From: Phycisphaeraceae bacterium
GTDB taxonomy: Bacteria; Planctomycetota; Phycisphaerae; Phycisphaerales; Zrk34
Direction of reading: 5' to 3'
NCBI GenBank assembly: GCA_040905565.1
Contig: JBBDRF010000055.1
Span: 1 to 29,774, forward strand
Length of the DNA: 29,774 nucleotides
Part shown: positions 26,202-29,774 of the stretch, piece after piece
Layout: the number at the start of each line of letters is the position of its first letter
How positions within the stretch are numbered: the stretch's first letter is position 1
Translations under genes and position numbers: made by a program
The notes under the pieces: generated by a model
Database searches by the model: none
What the model was told of the DNA's origin: nothing
The model's input: the letters and a program-made list of their open reading frames with translations, nothing else

Positions 26202-28064
26202 GTGCTCTACACTCAAAAGAAAAAAACGATCCGCGTCATGCTGACCGCCTTCCGCGACGGGCTGCAAAGTGTGTTCGGCGGGAAGGTCCGTGTTAACGAT
26301 GTTCTGCCTGCGATGGAAGCTGCGGCTGCGGCGGGCGTGCACCACTTTGAATTCGGCGGCGGTGCCCGCTACCAGGCGCCTTATTTTTACGCTGGGGAAG
26401 ATCCGTTCGAATGCATGGACAAGATGCGGCAGGCGGCGGGGCCGGACGCAGATCTGCAGATTCTGACCCGCTCCGTTTCGGGCGTGACGCTGACGACGCA
26501 GAAGCTGAAGGCGTTGACGCTGCAGGCGAAGCTGATGAAGAAGCACGGGACCACGTGGGACCGCAACTTCGATTTTCTCAACGACACGGACAACCTGATC
26601 AAGACGGCCAAGCCGATCGTCGACGCGGGGCTGCATCACCAGTTGTGCGTGGCGATGATGGGCCTGCCGTTCGCTTCGGACAAGGTGCACACGCCTGCGT
26701 TTTATGTTGATGTGATCAAGCGGGTGCTGGATTCAGGGACGCGGATTGATTCGGTGTGCATGAAGGATGCTTCGGGGACGACGGATCCGCGGACGTGTTA
26801 CGAGACGGCGAAGGGGCTGCGTGAACTGCTGCCGCCTGAGATTCCGCTGTGGCAGCACACGCACGACACGGCTTCGATGGCGGTGGCCTGTTACATGGCG
26901 GGCATCGAAGGCGGCGTGGACGGGATCGACCTTTCGGTCAGGCCGATGGCCTCGGGCACGGTGCAACCGGATGTTCGCTCGATGTGGCACGCGCTCAAGG
27001 GCACCGGCTATGAGCTTGATATCAATCACGAAGCGATGAACGACATTGAGCATCTGCTTGATGAAGGCCTCGCGGAGTATGAGTTCAACCCCGTGACGAT
27101 CGCGGCGGATGCGCGGGTGGTTGATTTTCCGATGCCTGGCGGGGCGATCGGGCCGAACGTTCACATGATGGAGTCGGCGGGGATCATGGATCGCTACAGC
27201 GATGTGCTCAAGGAATTCCCGGTGGTGGTGAAGGCGGGCGGGGCGTGGACGAGCGTCACGCCGGGTTCGCAGCAGTATTGGCTTCAGGCGTTTTTGAACG
27301 TGCTGCACGGCCGGTGGGAGAAGATCGACGCGGGCTTTGGGCGGTCGGTGCTGGGGTACTTCGGGAAGCCGCCGATGCAGCCGGACGCGAACGTCGTCAA
27401 GATCGCCAGCGAGCAGCTGGGGCTTGAGCCGTTCAATGGCGATCCGCTTGAAGCGGCTCCGGACAGTGTCGAGATGGCTCAGGCGGCACTGCGTGAGCGG
27501 GACCTGCCGACGACGGACGAGAACGTTTTCCTCGTGGCCTCGGCGATCGTCCCGGGCAAGAACATGGAACTCAACGAGGGCATCCGCCTGCTCAGCGGCA
27601 AGGCCCGGATCAACCTGCCGCTCAAGAAGAAGCCTCAGGACGAAGCGGCGGCTGCGGCGGCGTCTCCCGCGGCAGGTGGGCCGAGGTTCGCGGGGCCGGT
27701 CACCACGACGTGCACGGTGGTCGAAGGCGGCGAGACGCGCACGTTCGAGATCACGATCGATCCTCCGCAAGGCTCAGCTCCGGCCGGAGGCGGCGGACAG
27801 ATCGCCGTGCAGACGACGAGCGGCGGCGGCGGTGGTGGAGGGTGTACTGCGGTGTATTCGCCGTTTGAAGGCAAAGTGGAAGTGATCGAGATCAACGTCC
27901 GCGTCGGCGATGCGGTCCGCAAGGGGCAGGTCGTCGCAGCGGTTGAAGCGATGAAAGCCAAGCACGATGTCCGTTCGCCCTGCGACGGCAAAGTGGTCGA
28001 GATCCAGGCGGAGCTCGGCTCGGAAGTGTCCAAAGGCAAGGCGATTTTGAGCATCGGAGCGTAA
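26202..28064 (+). CDS. oadA: Carboxyltransferase + biotin carrier (oxaloacetate decarboxylase alpha / pyruvate carboxylase subunit B family)
   Basis: GTG start. FRDGLQS, EFGGGA, MKDASG, HTHDT, MPGG, SVTPGSQ and GYFGKPP. Ala/Pro/Gly linkers and C-terminal biotinyl domain EAMKA. Confidence 0.85.
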   Translation: MLYTQKKKTIRVMLTAFRDGLQSVFGGKVRVNDVLPAMEAAAAAGVHHFEFGGGARYQAPYFYAGEDPFECMDKMRQAAGPDADLQILTRSVSGVTLTTQKLKALTLQAKLMKKHGTTWDRNFDFLNDTDNLIKTAKPIVDAGLHHQLCVAMMGLPFASDKVHTPAFYVDVIKRVLDSGTRIDSVCMKDASGTTDPRTCYETAKGLRELLPPEIPLWQHTHDTASMAVACYMAGIEGGVDGIDLSVRPMASGTVQPDVRSMWHALKGTGYELDINHEAMNDIEHLLDEGLAEYEFNPVTIAADARVVDFPMPGGAIGPNVHMMESAGIMDRYSDVLKEFPVVVKAGGAWTSVTPGSQQYWLQAFLNVLHGRWEKIDAGFGRSVLGYFGKPPMQPDANVVKIASEQLGLEPFNGDPLEAAPDSVEMAQAALRERDLPTTDENVFLVASAIVPGKNMELNEGIRLLSGKARINLPLKKKPQDEAAAAAASPAAGGPRFAGPVTTTCTVVEGGETRTFEITIDPPQGSAPAGGGGQIAVQTTSGGGGGGGCTAVYSPFEGKVEVIEINVRVGDAVRKGQVVAAVEAMKAKHDVRSPCDGKVVEIQAELGSEVSKGKAILSIGA

Positions 28065-28069
28065 CGAAG

Positions 28070-29221
28070 ATGGAGGCATGGCAGCGGCTGGTACTGGAGT
28101 CAGGGTTCGCGAACCTCACCTGGCAGAACGGGGTGATGTACGTGGTGGCGGGGGTGCTGATCTACCTCGCGGTGACCCGGAACTACGAGCCGTTGCTGCT
28201 GATTCCGATCGGCTTCGGGGCGCTGCTGGCGAACTTGCCGCAGGCGTTTCTCAGTGCCTCCAGTTCCTACGTTGGTGATGGCGACAGTGTGCCGCTGCTT
28301 CAGCTTATCTACAACGCGGGGATCAAGACCGAACTGCTGCCGCCGGTGATCTTCCTGGGGGTGGGGGCGCTGACCGATTTCCGTCCGCTGATCAGCCGGC
28401 CGATCACGCTCCTGCTCGGGGCGGCGGCTCAAGTGGGCATCTTCGTCGCGGCACTCGGTGCGTTTTATCTCTTCGGGTTCACCGCTCAGGAAGCAGCTGC
28501 GATCGGCATCATCGGGGGGGCCGACGGCCCGACCTCGATCTTCCTTACCGCCATCATGGCCCCGCACCTGCTGGGCGCGGTGGCCGTGGCTGCGTACAGC
28601 TACATGGCCCTGGTGCCGGTGATTCAGCCGCCGATCATCCGCATGCTGACGACGAAAAAAGAGCGCGAGATCGACATGCCCCAGGCCCGCCCGGTTTCCA
28701 AGGCCGCCGTCATCGCCTTCCCCATCGTGATCGCGATGATCGCTTCGCTGGCGATTCCCACGGCCGCCCCGCTGATCGGCATGTTGATGTTCGGTAACCT
28801 GCTCCGCGAATCCAGCGTGACCGACCGGCTGGGCAAGACGGCTGGCGGGCCGCTGGTCAACATCGTCACGATTTTTCTCGGGCTTGTGGTCGGTGCGACC
28901 ATGGCGGGTGAAACGTTCCTCCGCACGCAGACGCTGTTCATCATGGTGCTCGGTGCAGTGGCGTTCGCGTTCAGCACGGCCGGCGGCATCGTGGTCGCGA
29001 AGCTGCTTAACCTGATGCTCCCCGAAAGCGGGCGGATGAACCCCTGCATCGGCGCTGCGGGCGTGTCGGCTGTGCCGATGTCGGCACGCGTCGTCCAGCA
29101 GTTCGTTTCGACGGAGACGGAGGGACGGGTCAATCCGCTGATGGCGGCGATGGGCCCGAACGTCGCAGGCGTCATCGGTTCCGCAGCGGCAGCGGGTGTC
29201 TTCCTGGCACTGCTGGGGTAG
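28070..29221 (+). CDS. oadB: Na+-translocating decarboxylase beta subunit
   Basis: YEPLLLIPIGFG, IFLGVGALTDF, IGIIGGADGPT, YSYMALVPVIQPP, GVSAVPMSARV and MGPNVAGVIGSA. Confidence 0.95.
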   Translation: MEAWQRLVLESGFANLTWQNGVMYVVAGVLIYLAVTRNYEPLLLIPIGFGALLANLPQAFLSASSSYVGDGDSVPLLQLIYNAGIKTELLPPVIFLGVGALTDFRPLISRPITLLLGAAAQVGIFVAALGAFYLFGFTAQEAAAIGIIGGADGPTSIFLTAIMAPHLLGAVAVAAYSYMALVPVIQPPIIRMLTTKKEREIDMPQARPVSKAAVIAFPIVIAMIASLAIPTAAPLIGMLMFGNLLRESSVTDRLGKTAGGPLVNIVTIFLGLVVGATMAGETFLRTQTLFIMVLGAVAFAFSTAGGIVVAKLLNLMLPESGRMNPCIGAAGVSAVPMSARVVQQFVSTETEGRVNPLMAAMGPNVAGVIGSAAAAGVFLALLG

Positions 29222-29249
29222 AGCATGATCAAATGGCTCCCACGCGGAG

Positions 29250-29774
29250 TCAGCCGTCGTCGTTGAGGATTTCTTGCAACCTGTCGCGTACACGGACTGG
29301 GACTTCGGGACGACTCAACAGATCTTTCAGAACACTGGCTTGTTCACGTATCTCTTCATCACCGAATGCGATGAGGCACACGACGATCAACTTTATGTCA
29401 CTACTGTCGGCGATACGTTCGACTGGTAATTGGGCGAGTCCAGGCTTCCCGAGTTGAGCCCTCGTTTCATGAAGAGCTCCAGCCGCGCCCGGTAGCTCTT
29501 CCTGCACGGCTGCTACTACGGTATCCACCAATCCAGCAAACGCTTCATCACCGTCCTTATAAGCCTGTAGCACCACCCGAAGCAGGTATTCATCAGGTGT
29601 GTCCATTTGGTAGATTGCCGCTTTGACAAGAGCGTCCCCTTCTTCGTCGGTGAGCGTTCGCCACGGAAGCTGGTAACGCGAGTGGCCATCTAGGAAACGC
29701 TCAACAACCACTAGGTCATCGTGGCCTGCCTGAAAACTATGTGCCAGCCGTTGTGAGAGTCGGTTGGTTGATGG
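29250..29774 (-). CDS. Hypothetical helical protein, 5'-truncated
   Basis: Frame stays open from 29774 (PSTNRLSQRLAHSF...) to the stop at 29250. More A/T-ending codons than its neighbours. No recognised motif. Confidence 0.55.
   Translation of the reverse strand, partial: PSTNRLSQRLAHSFQAGHDDLVVVERFLDGHSRYQLPWRTLTDEEGDALVKAAIYQMDTPDEYLLRVVLQAYKDGDEAFAGLVDTVVAAVQEELPGAAGALHETRAQLGKPGLAQLPVERIADSSDIKLIVVCLIAFGDEEIREQASVLKDLLSRPEVPVRVRDRLQEILNDDG

Overview
High-GC bacterial chromosomal segment, most likely from a planctomycete (DUF1553/PSD1 cytochrome plus DUF1501 pair, Hanks-type kinase). The variant PEP-CTERM tail suggests Phycisphaerae, which is an inference. In order: 3' end of a UDP-sugar dehydrogenase; a PEP-CTERM-like surface protein with a long leader and strong terminator; a NAGPA-type glycosidase; a secreted TPR protein; a small membrane protein; a minus-strand operon (DUF1553/LamG cytochrome, DUF1501, atypical AroE-family dehydrogenase, ribulokinase) divergent from an XylR-type regulator; Ser/Thr kinase, transaldolase and DUF389; a Gld-like ABC system with DUF4340; an atypical biotin ligase with an OadG/A/B-type Na+-pumping decarboxylase; and a truncated lower-GC ORF. 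The most notable observations are the AroE homolog lacking the carboxylate-binding residues and coupled to a sugar kinase, several intergenic REP-like hairpin families, and a strand-independent C/G skew that flips inside one co-oriented gene run and tracks repeat orientation. No rRNA, tRNA, CRISPR array or transposase was seen. All family calls are from motif recognition by eye, not database searches.
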